Assembly: GCA_963808625.1 (NCBI GenBank)
Contig: CAWEHK010000052.1
Location: forward strand, 9,105-73,104
Length of the DNA: 64,000 nt
Reading direction: 5' to 3'
Origin: an uncultured delta proteobacterium
Lineage (GTDB): Bacteria > Desulfobacterota > Syntrophobacteria > Syntrophobacterales > Syntrophobacteraceae
Part shown: positions 41,636-53,496 of the stretch, piece after piece
Layout of the letters: every line of letters begins with the position of its first letter
Position numbering within the stretch: position 1 is the first letter of the stretch
Position numbers and translations under genes: made by a program
Notes under the pieces: model-generated
Told to the model about the DNA's origin: nothing
Databases searched by the model: none
What the model saw: only the letters and a program-made list of their open reading frames with translations

Positions 41636-42221
41636 ATGCTGGAAATCCGCTTTCATGGCCGTGGTGGGCAGGGCACGGTCGTCGCCACCATCTTGCTGGC
41701 GAAAGCTTTCTTTGATGCCGGCTACTTCGTCCAAAGCTTCCCCCTGTTTGGTGTGGAGCGGCGCGGGGCGCCGGTAGAAGCGTACCTGCGGATCGCTTCC
41801 AGAGAAATCCGGGTCCGCACCAACGTCTACACACCCGACCATGTGGTGGTCCTCGACCAGACCCTCTGGCAGGGCATCGATGTGACGCATGGGCTGAAAC
41901 CTGAGGGTTGGATTCTCCTCAATGCCCCCGGAAACCCGACGCGACTGGAGCGCTTTTCAGGTTATCGGCTGGCTTTTGTAGATGCCACCCGGATTGCGCT
42001 GAAGCATCAACTGGGTACGCGCACTCATCCCATTGTCAACACGGCCATCATGGGTGCCCTTGCGCGCGTGCTCGGGCATGCCCCCGATGGATGCAATCGC
42101 TATGGCCATCGAGGAGGAGATTAAGGACCGGTGTGAGGATAATATCAATGCCGCCCGCGACGCCTATGACGAGGTTCGGCTCGTGGGAATTGTCGATGCC
42201 GCAGCGGGCGCAGAGGTTTGA
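41636..42221 (+). CDS. 2-oxoacid:acceptor oxidoreductase gamma subunit (frameshift near 3' end)
   Basis: EIRFHGRGGQG, FGVERRGAPV, VDATRIA, IVNTAIMGA. Confidence 0.92.
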
Positions 42222-42305
42222 GGATGGTATAATTTCCCTGCATACGGGGTGCATGCTTGGAGTGCGATTCTCGAGTTCATTGGAGAATTGCCGGTCAGGA
42301 TAGGG

Positions 42306-44082
42306 ATGTCCATGGCACAGAAAGAAACGAAACCGGTCCCTCTGTTTATTTCGAAATCCTACCTTACCACCGAGAGCAATAAAACCGGGAACTGGCGGTT
42401 TCTCGACCGCGCTACCATGAGAAGACGGCCCCGTGCAGCGTCGCCTGCCCGGCGGGGGAAGACATCAGCCGCATCCAATTGCTGACGACGCGAGGGCTTT
42501 TCAAGGACGCCTGGGAGACCATCCTTCTCGAAAACCCTTTTCCTGCTGTCTGTGGCCGCGTCTGCCATCATCCCTGTGAAAAGGTCTGTAACCGGCGGGA
42601 GTTCGATGAGGCGATCGCCATTCACACCATCGAGCGTTTCCTGGCAGAAACGGCCGTTCGCATGGGTTGAAACCCGCACTGGAAAGGCTCCCTGCCCGCA
42701 AAGCAGAAGGTTGCTGTCGTTGGGGCCGGCCCCGGCGGCCTTGCTGCGGCCTATTTTCTGGCCCGGCTGGGTTACGCCTGCGATGTCTACGAAGCGATGC
42801 CGGAGCCCGGAGGCGCCCTCGGCTGGGGAATTCCCCCGTATCGTCTTGCGGTTGCGGCAATCCAACACGAAATAGCCCGCATCACCGAACTGGGGGTGCG
42901 CATTCACTGTGGCAAACCGCTTTCGGCGGAGTTCCTGGCACAAGCCGGGGACTCCTACGATGCCGTTTTCGTGAGTGGCGGTCAGGGGCCTGGCGGTCGT
43001 TTGCACATCCCGGGAGAGAGTCCAAACAGTGTCAAGGACGGACTGGCTTTCCTGCAGCGGGTGAAAAGAGGGGATACGCCGGCGCTCCAGGGAATGGTTG
43101 CGGTCGTCGGCGGCGGACAATACGGCGGTCGATGTGGCGCGCTGTGCGGTGCGCCTGGGCGCGAAGGCCGTGATCGTCTGGAGGGGCCGCCGCGAGGATA
43201 TGCCCGCTTTTGAACATGAAATCAAAATGGCCCTCGAGGAGGGCGTGGAAATTCTGGATCTGCGAACACCGGTCCGCATCGAGGCCGGGAATGGAGATTG
43301 GTTCCTTGCCCTGCAGCAGATGAAGGCGGTCCAAACCGATCATAAAGAAGGCTTGGGCGTAGCATCTGATCCGGATAAAATGGAGACCATTCGTGTCAGC
43401 CGGGTCTTCAAGGCCGTGCACGAAGGGCCCGCCGAGCCATGGATGAACCCACCCGATAGTGACGAAGGGCTCCTGGCCTTGGCCAATACCCGGGTGTTCC
43501 GAACGGCTCGGGGACTTCCGGTCATCTTGGGCGGTGACCTGGCAACCCCGGTGAAAGGGGTCTCTCATGCGGTTGCTTCCGGAAAAGAAGCGGCCCTCGC
43601 CCTGGATGTCCTCTTCCGTGATGGCTTCGAGGCCATCCTGCCGCGCCTTACGGCCTGTGCGATCGGTGATGGCCGGTCGCTTTCCATGGAAATCTACCTG
43701 GGTGGGGCCCGTTCGCAGCGAAGCTCCCATGTGGTCCGCTATCAACGAAATCAACATCGATTACTTCCAGTTTACGCCGCGCGTTGCCCAGCCCCGGCTC
43801 CTTAAAGAAGAACGCGTCCGCACCTTTGCGGAAGTCGACCTCCGCATCTCTGCTAATCTGGCCATGCAGGAAGCCGGACGCTGTTTCAACTGCGGCATCT
43901 GCAACCAATGCGACAACTGCCGCCTGTTTTGTCCGGACCTCGCGGTAGTGCGCGACCAGGGCCCAAGAGGGCGGAGCATTGATTATGACTATTGCAAAGG
44001 GTGCGGCATATGCGTCGTGGAATGTCCCCGCAATGCCATGTCTCTCGAAGAGGAACAGGGACTGGGCGGGGACCCGGCATAA
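42306..44082 (+). CDS. GltD/NfnB-like FAD-NAD(P) oxidoreductase fused with POR delta-type ferredoxin segments (several frameshifts)
   Basis: N-terminal KTGNWR; PCSVACPAG, ENPFPAVCGRVCHHPCE, VVGAGPGGL, GGALGWGIP, VVGGG.TAVD, EAGRCFNCGIC..CDNC, DYDYCKGCGICVVECP. Confidence 0.82.
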
Positions 44083-44100
44083 CAAGGACGGGGGAGACTC

Positions 44101-45281
44101 ATGAAACGGGTGCTGGAAGGAAGTGATGCGGTCGCTGAGGCGGTGAGATTGGCCAAAGTCGAGGTCATTTCCGCCTATCCGATTACGCCGCAGACCCATA
44201 TCGTCGAGCGCCTTGCTGAGTTTTGCGCGGACCGGAAGCTCGCGGCCCGGTTCCTGCGGGTAGAAAGCGAGCACTCCGCCCTGGCGGCGTTGATCGGGGC
44301 CTCCAGCATGGGAGTGCGCACCTTTACCGCCACTTCTTCGCAGGGCCTGGCCCTGATGCACGAGCTCCTGCACTGGGCGTCGGCGGCCCGGCTGCCGATT
44401 GTCATGGCCAATGTCAACCGGGCCCTCGCTCCCGGGTTGGAATATTTGGGCCGATCAGACCGACAGTCTCGCCCAGCGCGACACCGGGTGGATCCAGTTT
44501 TACTGTGAAACGGGTCAGGAAACCCTGGACACCACGCTCCAGGCGTTCCGCCTGGCGGAACGGGTGAATTTGCCGGTCATGGTGGTGCTGGATGCCTTCT
44601 TCCTCTCGCACACCTTTGAACCGGTTGACGTTCCCGACCAGGATGCTGCCGACCGCTTCCTGCCGGCTTTCCGCCCCCGGCTCGGCGCTGACCACCGAAA
44701 ATCCCTGTTCCTTCAGCCAGTTGGCTCCTCCGAATGTTTATATGGAAATGCGCCACAGCATTCACGAAGCCATGCAGCAGACGCTCGATGAATTTCCAGC
44801 GCTTGAAGAGGACTTCGAAGCGATCTTTGGACGACGCTACGGCCCGGTGGAAACGATCGCGTGCGAGGATGCGGAAATCATCCTGGTGACTTCCGGAACC
44901 ATTACCAGCACCGCCCGCGAGGTCGTCGATGAACTGCGCTCCCGGGGGGAGCAGGTCGGTCTTCTCAAGGTGAAGCTCTTTCGGCCTTTCCCGGTCGCTT
45001 CCATCCGGCAGGCCCTCGGGAGCGCTAAGAAAGTCGCGGTCATCGACCGTAATTTTTCCTTTGGGGCAAGCGGCATTTTTGCTCAGGAGGTGAGGGCGGC
45101 GCTTTACGGCGCGCCGGAACGCCCGCCGGTCTTCGGCTACATTGCCGGACTGGGTGGGCGCGACGTCACCACCGGCACGATCGAAGAGATTTATTGGCGT
45201 ACCAAAAACCATGCCTTCCCCGAAGAAGAAAGCCTCTGGGTGGGACTTCACGAGGTGGCTCATGAAGCTGGAAATCGTTGA
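44101..45281 (+). CDS. 2-oxoacid:acceptor oxidoreductase alpha subunit (frameshifted)
   Basis: [36 protein letters not shown]. Confidence 0.92.
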
Positions 45282-46146
45282 CCATGACTACATGTACCCG
45301 GGACATGTGGGGTGCCCCGGATGTGGGGCGGCCATTGCCATGCGCTTTGTCCTGAAGGCCCTGGAAGAAAAAACCGTGATGGTGATTCCGGCGTGCTGCT
45401 GGTCGATCATCGCCGGTCCTTACCCGCAATCAAGCCTGCAGATCCCGGTCATCCACACCGCTTTTGAGACCGGCGGGGCGGTGGCAAGCGGCGTGAGGGC
45501 CGCCCTGGATATGAAAGGAGACACGGAAACCACGGTCGTCACCTGGGCCGGCGATGGCGGGACCTTCGATATCGGCTTTCAGGCCCTCAGCGGTGCGGTC
45601 GAACGCAATGAAGATTTCATGTACGTCTGTTACGACAACGAAGCCTACATGAACACGGGGGTGCAGCGCAGCTCGTCGACGCCCTATGGCGCCTGGACGA
45701 CCACCACGCCGAACCGGGAATGGAAGCGGATGCGCAAGAAGAACATCGTCGAAGCCCTCGTCGCGCATCGCATTCCCTATGCGGCAACGGCCAGCATCGC
45801 CTATCCCGAGGACCTCGTGCGCAAGGTCAAAAAAGCAAAGGCCATGAAAGGCTCCCGGTTCCTTCACATCTATGCGAGCTGTCCGACGGGCTGGCGTATG
45901 CCCTCCGAAATGGCGATCAAAATCGCGCGCATGGCGGTCCAGACCAACATCTTTCCGCTCTATGAAGTCGAGGACGGCCTGCACTACACCCTCAACTTCA
46001 CCCCCAAAGGCTACCTGGTTAAGGAGTACTTCCACCTCCAGGGCCGCTTCAAGCATTTGACCGAAGGCGATCTCGACCAGATCCAGCAGATGGTCGACGA
46101 AGACTGGGGGCTATTGCAGAGGAAGGCGGGGATTTTCGCGGTTTAG
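45262..46146 (+). CDS. 2-oxoacid:acceptor oxidoreductase beta subunit (TPP-binding)
   Basis: GCPGCG, AGDGGTFDIG, YDNEAYMNTG, CPTGW. Confidence 0.93.
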   Translation: MKLEIVDHDYMYPGHVGCPGCGAAIAMRFVLKALEEKTVMVIPACCWSIIAGPYPQSSLQIPVIHTAFETGGAVASGVRAALDMKGDTETTVVTWAGDGGTFDIGFQALSGAVERNEDFMYVCYDNEAYMNTGVQRSSSTPYGAWTTTTPNREWKRMRKKNIVEALVAHRIPYAATASIAYPEDLVRKVKKAKAMKGSRFLHIYASCPTGWRMPSEMAIKIARMAVQTNIFPLYEVEDGLHYTLNFTPKGYLVKEYFHLQGRFKHLTEGDLDQIQQMVDEDWGLLQRKAGIFAV

Positions 46147-46239
46147 GTGAAAGCCTATCCACGAAGACACACGAAGAAAGAGCATGAAAACACACGAATA
46201 AGGTCCGTTGGCGGAAGACGCGCGAATAAATGACGTAAC

Positions 46240-48483
46240 TGGTCCGGCCCATTAAGCGGCACCCATCTTTATCAATGGAACACCTCGACGGGCCGCAGGG
46301 CAGCAATTTCTGGGGCATTCCGACCGAAGTGCAGGATGTCAATTCCGTTGAGCGCCATCGCCAGTTTCGACTCAAATGGCGGTGGGAGCGCCCCAGGTCG
46401 AACGCTACTACTTCACTTACGGTCGTCGTTTGGGAGCCAATAAACACTTCGCAGCAGGAAGCGCTAACACCCGGCTTGCGTTTTGCCGTTTGGGCGCCCA
46501 ACGCGCGAAGCGTGGAAGTGGTCTTCGGAAATCCGGCCAGCGGCTACATTGCCAATGACGGCGCCGGGATTGACCCGGCGCAGCCCGTGGTTGCTCTTTC
46601 CCGCCTCGGCTGACGGCATTTGGGAAGGCGGGCCGCAGGGGGATTTTGAAACTTTCAAAAGCCTGCCTTACATGTATCGCATCGTGAACACGCAAGGGCA
46701 GACCGGTCTATCGCACCGATATTTTCTCCCGCAGCCAGATCGGCAAAGGCGACATCAATCCTGCTAAGACGCCTGGCCGGGAACGGTGGACACCTTGGAC
46801 GGCACCGTAGAGTTGCAGCGTGGTAATTGATCCCGATGTGGTGCGCCGCGATTTCGAATCCACGCCTCCCGGAGAAGAGCCGGATCTCATTCCGGCTGAG
46901 GAATTCTGGGCAACGGAATTCACTTCCGGTCTGCCGGTGCCCACCCGCCTCGAAGACCTCGTCATTTACGAGTTGCACGTCGGTTCATTGGGATTTGGCA
47001 AAGCCGGGCCCGGCGATTTGAGTGATGCGCTGCAATTCCTGGATCACCTCGTTGACTCGGTGTGAACGCCGTCGAACTGCTGCCCATGGCGGAGTTTTCG
47101 GGACAATGTCGGGTGGGGCTATGGCGACAGCCACCATTTCTGTATCGAATCCAGTGCCGGGGGACGCGACAAATACCGCCATTTCGTGCGGGAGTGCCAT
47201 CGGCGAGGCATCGCGGTCATCCAGGACGTGGTCTACAATCACTACGATCCTGAGGCGGAGCGCGCCCAGTGGCAATACGACTCGACCGCTCCCGAAGAGA
47301 ATATCTATTACTGGTATGAGGGGCGCTCTTCCGATTACTCGTTCTCCGGAAGGCGGCTATCTCGACAATGGCTCTACCGGCTACACGCCGCGGTTCTGGG
47401 AAGAGATCGTGCGCCAGCAGTTCATCAGCAGCGCCGCCTTCCTCATCGAGGAAATGCACGTGGATGGGCTGCGCGTGGACCTGACGCAGGCGATTCACCG
47501 CGATAACGCGCTCCACGCAGATCGGACGTTCGATCGGCAGCCGCCAACATCTTCGGGCAGAAATTGCTGCGGGAGTGGAGCCGTACGCTGCACATGATCC
47601 GGCCCACGGTCATGCTGATCGCGGAGGACCACACCGGATGGGACGCCGTGACCAAACCGCCGGCTCAAGGTGGGTTGGGCTTCAATGCCACATGGGAGGT
47701 GGCATTCTACCACAATTTGATCGGCGACTCCGACATGGCAGGAGACAAAGCGCGTCTATTGAAGCAAGCGGGATTCGGCGGGAATGAACCGCTCCCGATG
47801 GACGGGTTTGCTGGCGCCCTCTACGGCAGTCAATACGACCAGGTTGTCTTCCACGAATCTCACGACGAAGCCGGCAATGCCGGTGGCACGGCGCGGACGA
47901 TCGTGACAGCCGTCAATGATGCGCCCCTCGTTGGGCGCCACGCGCATCGTGGGCGGAGGCACGCTCTCGCGTGTGCTTCGGCCTGTCCTTGCTCTCGGCG
48001 GGCACGCCCATGTTCTTCATGGGTGAAGAGATCGGAGCGCAGAAGCGTTATACGTTCGACAACTTCCTGGCAAACCGCGAAGACATTCTCGGCGAGCGGG
48101 CCGGGAACGGCAAGGTGCTCTTTCGCTTTTACCAGGATCTCATCACGTCTCAGCCGCCGACTTGCGCTCGATCCGCAGCCACAACATCGACATCCTCCAC
48201 CAGTCGAACCCCAATCGCGTCATTGCCTTCAAGCGGTGGAACGGAGACGAGGAAGTCATTATCGTCGCGAGTCTCAACAACACCTCTTTCGCTAATGGCT
48301 ACGTGATTGAGAAGGATTTGCTGGCTATTCCCAACGCCGGGTGGAAGGAGATCTTCAACAGCGATGCTGCCATCTATGGTGGCCAGAATATGGGTAATCG
48401 GCGGTGCCATTATCCCCTCCAACCAGGGCCGTCTCAACGTGGTGATCCCCGCCAATGGTTTTGTGGTGTTCGTGAAGCAATGA
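46240..48483 (+). pseudogene. GH13 branching-enzyme/trehalohydrolase-like gene, 5'-truncated and frameshifted
   Basis: FAVWAPNA, IYELHVG, VELLP, QDVVYNH, VDGLRVD, LIAED, ESHDE, GTPMFFMGEE, IFNSDA; no start or RBS after the family B half-repeat. Confidence 0.75.
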
Positions 48484-48625
48484 CGTCGAAAAGCGGAGAA
48501 AACCGGGCCGCGTGGCACTGACAATGGTTTAGGGGCCAGCCCCCGACAAAGAACATGAAAGAAAAGGGGATTGAAGGCTTTGCAACTCTCCTGCATGCCT
48601 CTCAGGAGGCAGAAGGACCTCGAGG

Positions 48626-49076
48626 ATGAAGTATTCCGAAGCTAAACCGGGGCGCATCTTCATTTTACGCTTGGAGGATGGGGATATCCTGCATGAGGCC
48701 GTCGAAAGGTTTGCCTCTGCTCATGGGATACAGGCAGCGGCACTGATCGTTCTGGGCGGAGCGGATGAGGGCAGCAAACTGGTTGTGGGGCCGGAGCAAA
48801 GTCGCAGCCAACCCATCATTCCAATGGAACATGTGTTCACCGGCGTTCACGAGGTAACGGGTGTGGGCACGCTCTTTCCCAATGCCAGTGGGCAGCCGGT
48901 CCTGCACATGCATGTCGCCGGCGGACGCAAAGAAAAACGGTCACCGGCTGTGTTCGCCGGGGGGTGAAGGTCTGGCACGTGATGGAAGTAGTGCTCTGGG
49001 AACTGACCGAAACACTGCGCAACGTCTGCCCGACCCCGTGACGGGCTCTGGAGTTCTTGCAGCCATGAAGGCTTGA
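48626..49076 (+). CDS. PPC/DUF296-domain protein (frameshifted 3' end)
   Basis: RIFILRLEDG, EVTGVGT, LHMH. Confidence 0.82.
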
Positions 49077-49220
49077 GAAGCGCGACCTCCTCCTGAAACG
49101 GTTTCTCGTGATCTGTCACCAAAAAGCCACCCGAAAACTCCGGCTTTGAGGAATGACCGTGAAAAGTGGGAATCAACTCCTGGGAAATTGGCCAGAATTG
49201 ACCATCCCTTCAAAGGAAGT

Positions 49221-49249
49221 TTGACGGAGAGATTTTGGTCGAATACATT
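49221..49249 (+). promoter_or_regulatory. Putative sigma70 promoter of the TA operon
   Basis: TTGACG-17 nt-TACATT. Confidence 0.45.
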
Positions 49250-49325
49250 AACACGTAATTACCTAGTATGCAACCATATGGAAAACTTAAGAGATAGAAC
49301 TAAGGAGAGGACAAAGGAAAAAGCT

Positions 49326-49627
49326 ATGCCACTGGTCGGAGTGATTCGCCATGGTCAAATCACCATCCCGAAAGAAGTCCGGGCCGGGCTGGGAATATGC
49401 GGAGGGAGACTGCTGGAAGTTAAGTTCAGAAGAAGACGGAAATGCCGATCAAGCCAAGGTGGCAATCGAAGGATCTCGCGCAAGAAAAGATTTTGCGTCT
49501 ATCAAGAAGCTCCAGTCAAGGGTAGGATGTTGATCCGGCCGAACTGGATGCGGCGATCGAGGCAAGCGATGCGGCCGCCAGGAAAGAGGATCTGAAAAAG
49601 ATGCCGGCCAGCGCCAGCCACTCATGA
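49326..49627 (+). CDS. AbrB/MazE-type antitoxin (frameshifted)
   Basis: VIRHGQITIPKEVRAGLGI swapped-hairpin motif; probable ATGA overlap with the toxin start. Confidence 0.7.
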
Positions 49628-50069
49628 AAGTTGTCCTTGATGCCAATCAATATGTGAGCGCCGTCCTGAAGCCTGAGTCAAAACCGGCCAAGTGGTTCAC
49701 CTGGCGCTGAAAAAGAAAGTGACGATTCTGGCCTCCGAACCAATCCTTGAAGAAATTGAACGGGTTCTTTCTTATCCAAAGTTACAAAAGGTCCATGACT
49801 TCGCCCCGGAAGAAATCAGCCAATACGTTCATGACATCCGAGAAGCTGCTGTGATTACTCCTGCCAAGCTGAAACTGCAGGCAGTGAAAAAGGATCCAGC
49901 AGACGACAAATATCTTGTCTGCGCCGTCGAAGGCAAAGCGGATTACATTGTGTCAGGGGATCAGCACCTGAAAGATCTTGAAGAATATCGGGGAATCCCG
50001 ATAGTGGATCCGGCCAAATTTTTATGGCTACTTTCTCGGAGTGATCGAGGTGCATCGGGTTTGGAGTGA
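49624..50069 (+). CDS. PIN-domain toxin (VapC-like), one frameshift
   Basis: MKVVLDAN, ILEEIERVL.YPK, DPADDKYL.CA, ADYIVSGDQHL. Confidence 0.85.
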
Positions 50070-50200
50070 TCGATGAGCGACAGCAGGAAGATTCTTGAGG
50101 CAAGTCGGCGGAGAAGAAACTGGTAACCGAGGTTTTTCCCCAATGGCCGTTATACACCTTGGTATCAATCGAGGGTCTTTGTGCGTCAGCAGCTTTCGGG

Positions 50201-51574
50201 TCAATTGCCAAAGCTTTGCACCGGGGCCGGGATGCGGCCGCCGAGGCGAATGAAGGCGTCGGCTCCGCCTTGGGTGGAAACGGGGATAATCGTGGCCTCG
50301 CCGAGGAGGCCGCCAAAGAAGGCTTTGTCTCCTGCCTTCTTGCCCGGGACCGGAATGAGCCGAGCGGCGGTGGCTTTGCCGTTGATCATCCCGATGGCCA
50401 TCTCATCGGCGATGATGGCGGCCAGGGTTTCGGCGGAGGTCTCGCCAGGGAGCACGACCATATCCAGGCCGACCGAACAGACGCTCGTCAGGGCTTCCAG
50501 TTTTTCCAGCGACAGATACCCCTTGCGGGCTGCTTCCCCGATGTTGAGGTCTTCGCTCACGGGAATGAAGGCCCCGCTCAAGCCGCCGACGTAGGAACTG
50601 GCGAAGATCCCGCCCTTCTTGACGGCATCATTGAGGAGCGCCAGCACGGCGGTGGACCCGGGAACGCCAATGGCTTTCAAGCCCAGACTCTGAAAGATCT
50701 CGCCGACACTGTCGCCAACATTGGGGGTCGGCGCCAGGGAAAGATCGACCACGCCAAAAGGGACGCCGAGTTTCCCGGCCACCTGCCGGCCAATGAGTTC
50801 GCCAACCCGCGTGACTTTGAAGGCCGTGCGTTTGATGATCTCGGAGAGCTGCCCCAGGTCGGCGTCGGGATTCGCCCGGCGAGCGCGGTCGATGGCTTTT
50901 TTCACCACCCCCGGGCCGCTGACGCCCACATTGATGACGGCATCAGGTTCGCCCACGCCGAGATAAGCCCCGGCCATGAACGGAATGTCCGGCGGGATAT
51001 TGGCAAAGATACAGAGCTTGGTGCAGGCAAGACCGTCCGCCGCGGCGGTGAGCTCCGCCGCGCGCTTGATCGTTTTGCCCATGAGATAGACGGCGTCCAT
51101 GTTGATGCCGGCATTGGTCGAGGCAACATTGACCGAGGAGCAGACCCGCTCGGTTGCGGCAAGGGCTTCCGGAATGGCTTCGATCAGGGCCCGATCGCCC
51201 CCGGTCATGCCCTTTTCGACCAGGGCCCCGAACCCGCCGATGAAGTCCACGCCCGTTGTCTTCGCCGCCTCATCCATGGCAGTGGCGACGGCGACCATCT
51301 GGGGAGCGGAAAAAGCGCAGGCCGCCACGGCGATGGGGCTTACGGCGATGCGCTTGTTCACGACCGGGATGCCGTATTGGAGGCCGACTTCGTCGCACAC
51401 CCTGACCAGGTCCTGAGCCGTGCGGCAGATCTTGTCGCGGATGCGCTGATTAAAGCGATGGTGATCCTGACCCGCGCAGTCCAAGAGGCTGATTCCGAGG
51501 GTAACGGTGCGCACATCCAGGTGTTCATTCTTAAGCATTTCGAGCGTCGAGAGGATCTCGCGGTCGGTCGGCAT
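50201..51574 (-). CDS. DUF711/UPF0210 family protein
   Basis: LDVRTVTLGISL, NKRIAVSP, FANIP.D.PFMAGA, VGGLSGAFIPVSED, VCSVGLDM. Confidence 0.9.
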   Translation of the reverse strand: MPTDREILSTLEMLKNEHLDVRTVTLGISLLDCAGQDHHRFNQRIRDKICRTAQDLVRVCDEVGLQYGIPVVNKRIAVSPIAVAACAFSAPQMVAVATAMDEAAKTTGVDFIGGFGALVEKGMTGGDRALIEAIPEALAATERVCSSVNVASTNAGINMDAVYLMGKTIKRAAELTAAADGLACTKLCIFANIPPDIPFMAGAYLGVGEPDAVINVGVSGPGVVKKAIDRARRANPDADLGQLSEIIKRTAFKVTRVGELIGRQVAGKLGVPFGVVDLSLAPTPNVGDSVGEIFQSLGLKAIGVPGSTAVLALLNDAVKKGGIFASSYVGGLSGAFIPVSEDLNIGEAARKGYLSLEKLEALTSVCSVGLDMVVLPGETSAETLAAIIADEMAIGMINGKATAARLIPVPGKKAGDKAFFGGLLGEATIIPVSTQGGADAFIRLGGRIPAPVQSFGN

Positions 51575-51582
51575 CGTTCCAC

Positions 51583-52134
51583 CTAAACCCGGTGAATGGT
51601 TTCGAAAATGTCCCGGTGCTGGAGACTTATATCCAGCCCCAAATCCTCCGCACGCTGGTAGAGTGCGGCCCGGAACGCGCTGCGATCGATGGCGGCCGGG
51701 ATGTCCACCTCGTAGATCATGACATTGCGCAGCGGATCGTTGCCGCCCCTGAAGATCGCCCTGAGGTCGGTAATGTTAATCCCGAAGCCCGCCAGGACCT
51801 CGGTAATGCCGGCAACGAGGCCAAGACGATCGGGACCGAGCGTCGTAATGACAAAGGGTTCACTGGGCGGCGCTTGCCATTCGCCGCTTTCCTGCAACGG
51901 TTTCACCAGCACGGAAAGTCCCATGGGAATAAGCCGTTCCTCGAGCCTGGCCAGCAAATCTTTCTCGCCGAGCTGCTCCGGTTTGGTGGCAATAAAAATG
52001 CCTACGAATTCGGTTTGCAGGGTGGTTTGGCTTACGTCCTCGATGTTGCACCGGCTTTCGAAGAGGGCTTTGGCTACCGCGGCGATGATCCCCGGCCGAT
52101 CACACCCCAGCACTGAAATCACCATCTTTTTCAT
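51583..52134 (-). CDS. Double ACT-domain protein (GcvR-like)
   Basis: ISVLGCDRPGI, ITTLGPDRLGLV, QHRDIFETIHRV. Confidence 0.85.
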   Translation of the reverse strand: MKKMVISVLGCDRPGIIAAVAKALFESRCNIEDVSQTTLQTEFVGIFIATKPEQLGEKDLLARLEERLIPMGLSVLVKPLQESGEWQAPPSEPFVITTLGPDRLGLVAGITEVLAGFGINITDLRAIFRGGNDPLRNVMIYEVDIPAAIDRSAFRAALYQRAEDLGLDISLQHRDIFETIHRV

Positions 52135-52137
52135 CGA

Positions 52138-52800
52138 TCATTCAGCCCCTGTCGCTTCGGGGAGGTGAGTAAGGTGAAATCCGGCCTCCCTCAAAAAGTC
52201 TTCCACGCCAAATCCGGCCTTGCGGTGTTTGTAATAGCTGATGGTCACATGGGCAAGTTCTTTGTACTGGTGTTCGCGGCTTGCCAGAAGCTTCGGGTAG
52301 CAGCGAGCGAGAGCCTGTTCATTGCTTTCATCGGGCCTTTTCGAGAACAGCTCGCGCCACAATACCGGCCGGGGTTTCTTCATGTAGGTTTCCAGTTTCA
52401 TCTTCTGAATTTCCAGCGGGGTCGAAAGATGCACGACGATTGTGCATTCCCGAAGCCTCGATAACATCCTCTCACCCGTGTAGATGACGCTGCCCGTAGT
52501 GTCAACAACGATGGCTTTGTCCGGATTATCGGCAACTTTCTCCAACTTCTCGAGGATCTTGGCCATGACTTCCATTTCACAGCTCAGGTAGGCGGCTTCG
52601 CGTTCTTTATAGTGGGGCTCGAAAGGAAACCCCATCCACCTGCCGACGACGTCAATGCTGCTGCCCCCTGGCCCCAGTTCGTCACCCAGCCGTGCCGCAA
52701 TCAACTCGTCACAGCAGAAACGACGAAAGCCGGCCCGGGAGAGCTTCCCCGACCAAAATGACTTGCCTGAGCCCGACATGCCCACTAATGAGAGGCGCAT
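52138..52800 (-). CDS. Shikimate-kinase-like P-loop kinase
   Basis: LVGMSGSGKS, VDTTGSV, R...Y near the C-terminus. Confidence 0.75.
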   Translation of the reverse strand: MRLSLVGMSGSGKSFWSGKLSRAGFRRFCCDELIAARLGDELGPGGSSIDVVGRWMGFPFEPHYKEREAAYLSCEMEVMAKILEKLEKVADNPDKAIVVDTTGSVIYTGERMLSRLRECTIVVHLSTPLEIQKMKLETYMKKPRPVLWRELFSKRPDESNEQALARCYPKLLASREHQYKELAHVTISYYKHRKAGFGVEDFLREAGFHLTHLPEATGAE

Positions 52801-52864
52801 GGTCCTTCCACATGGATGGGTATCAAAGGAAAAAAGCCTTGCGGCGACAGCGCCCGGGAAAGTT

Positions 52865-53470
52865 TCACTTACTAAACACTCGCCTGATAGCGCTCCACAC
52901 CTTTTTAATGCCCTGCCATATCTTGGGAAGCAGCCAGATTGCGAGCAGAATAAACGCCGTCAGGAGCACCAGAAAAAGCCATGGGTGGTGCAGAGCAGCC
53001 CAAATCCCCCCGATGACCATCACGTCTTCCGTGATGGATGCCGTCCAGTTGGTAAAGGGTTCCGGCGAGGTATTGATGAGGACCCTGGTGCCGGCCTTGG
53101 TGGCATGGGACAGGGCTGCCATGCCGCCGCCAAGCAGAGCCGCAGCAACTGCGAGAGCGGGATTGACGGGGCCGACCGCGCCTGCGGCCAGGAGCGCCCC
53201 GGCGGGGATGCGGATAAAGGTGTGAATCGTATCCCAGCCCGTATCCACGCCTGGCACCTTGTCGGCAAAAAACTCCACGAGATACATAATGATTGCCGCT
53301 ACGATGACGAGCGGACTGGTCAGGACCTGGAGCTCAGGAGGAAGGACGACGTTGCCGGAAGCGCCGAGGATGCCGAGCATGAGGATGGCGGCATAGAGGT
53401 TGAGCCCGCTGGCCCAACCTACGCCCATCATCAGGGCGATGGTCCTGGTGATCTGATCGAGTTGCTCCAT
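52865..53470 (-). CDS. DUF4126 family membrane protein
   Basis: WASGLNLYA, EFFADKVPGVD..WD, RIPAGA, SPEPFTN. Confidence 0.87.
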   Translation of the reverse strand: MEQLDQITRTIALMMGVGWASGLNLYAAILMLGILGASGNVVLPPELQVLTSPLVIVAAIIMYLVEFFADKVPGVDTGWDTIHTFIRIPAGALLAAGAVGPVNPALAVAAALLGGGMAALSHATKAGTRVLINTSPEPFTNWTASITEDVMVIGGIWAALHHPWLFLVLLTAFILLAIWLLPKIWQGIKKVWSAIRRVFSK

Positions 53471-53496
53471 GGTGTTTCGAGACTCCTTCTGAGGAA

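Noticed and set aside
50159..51586. Long antisense ORFs (475 aa here; also 26909-28036, 36495-37556, 58697-59728)
   Set aside because: They are shadows of real GC-rich genes on the opposite strand and have no motifs
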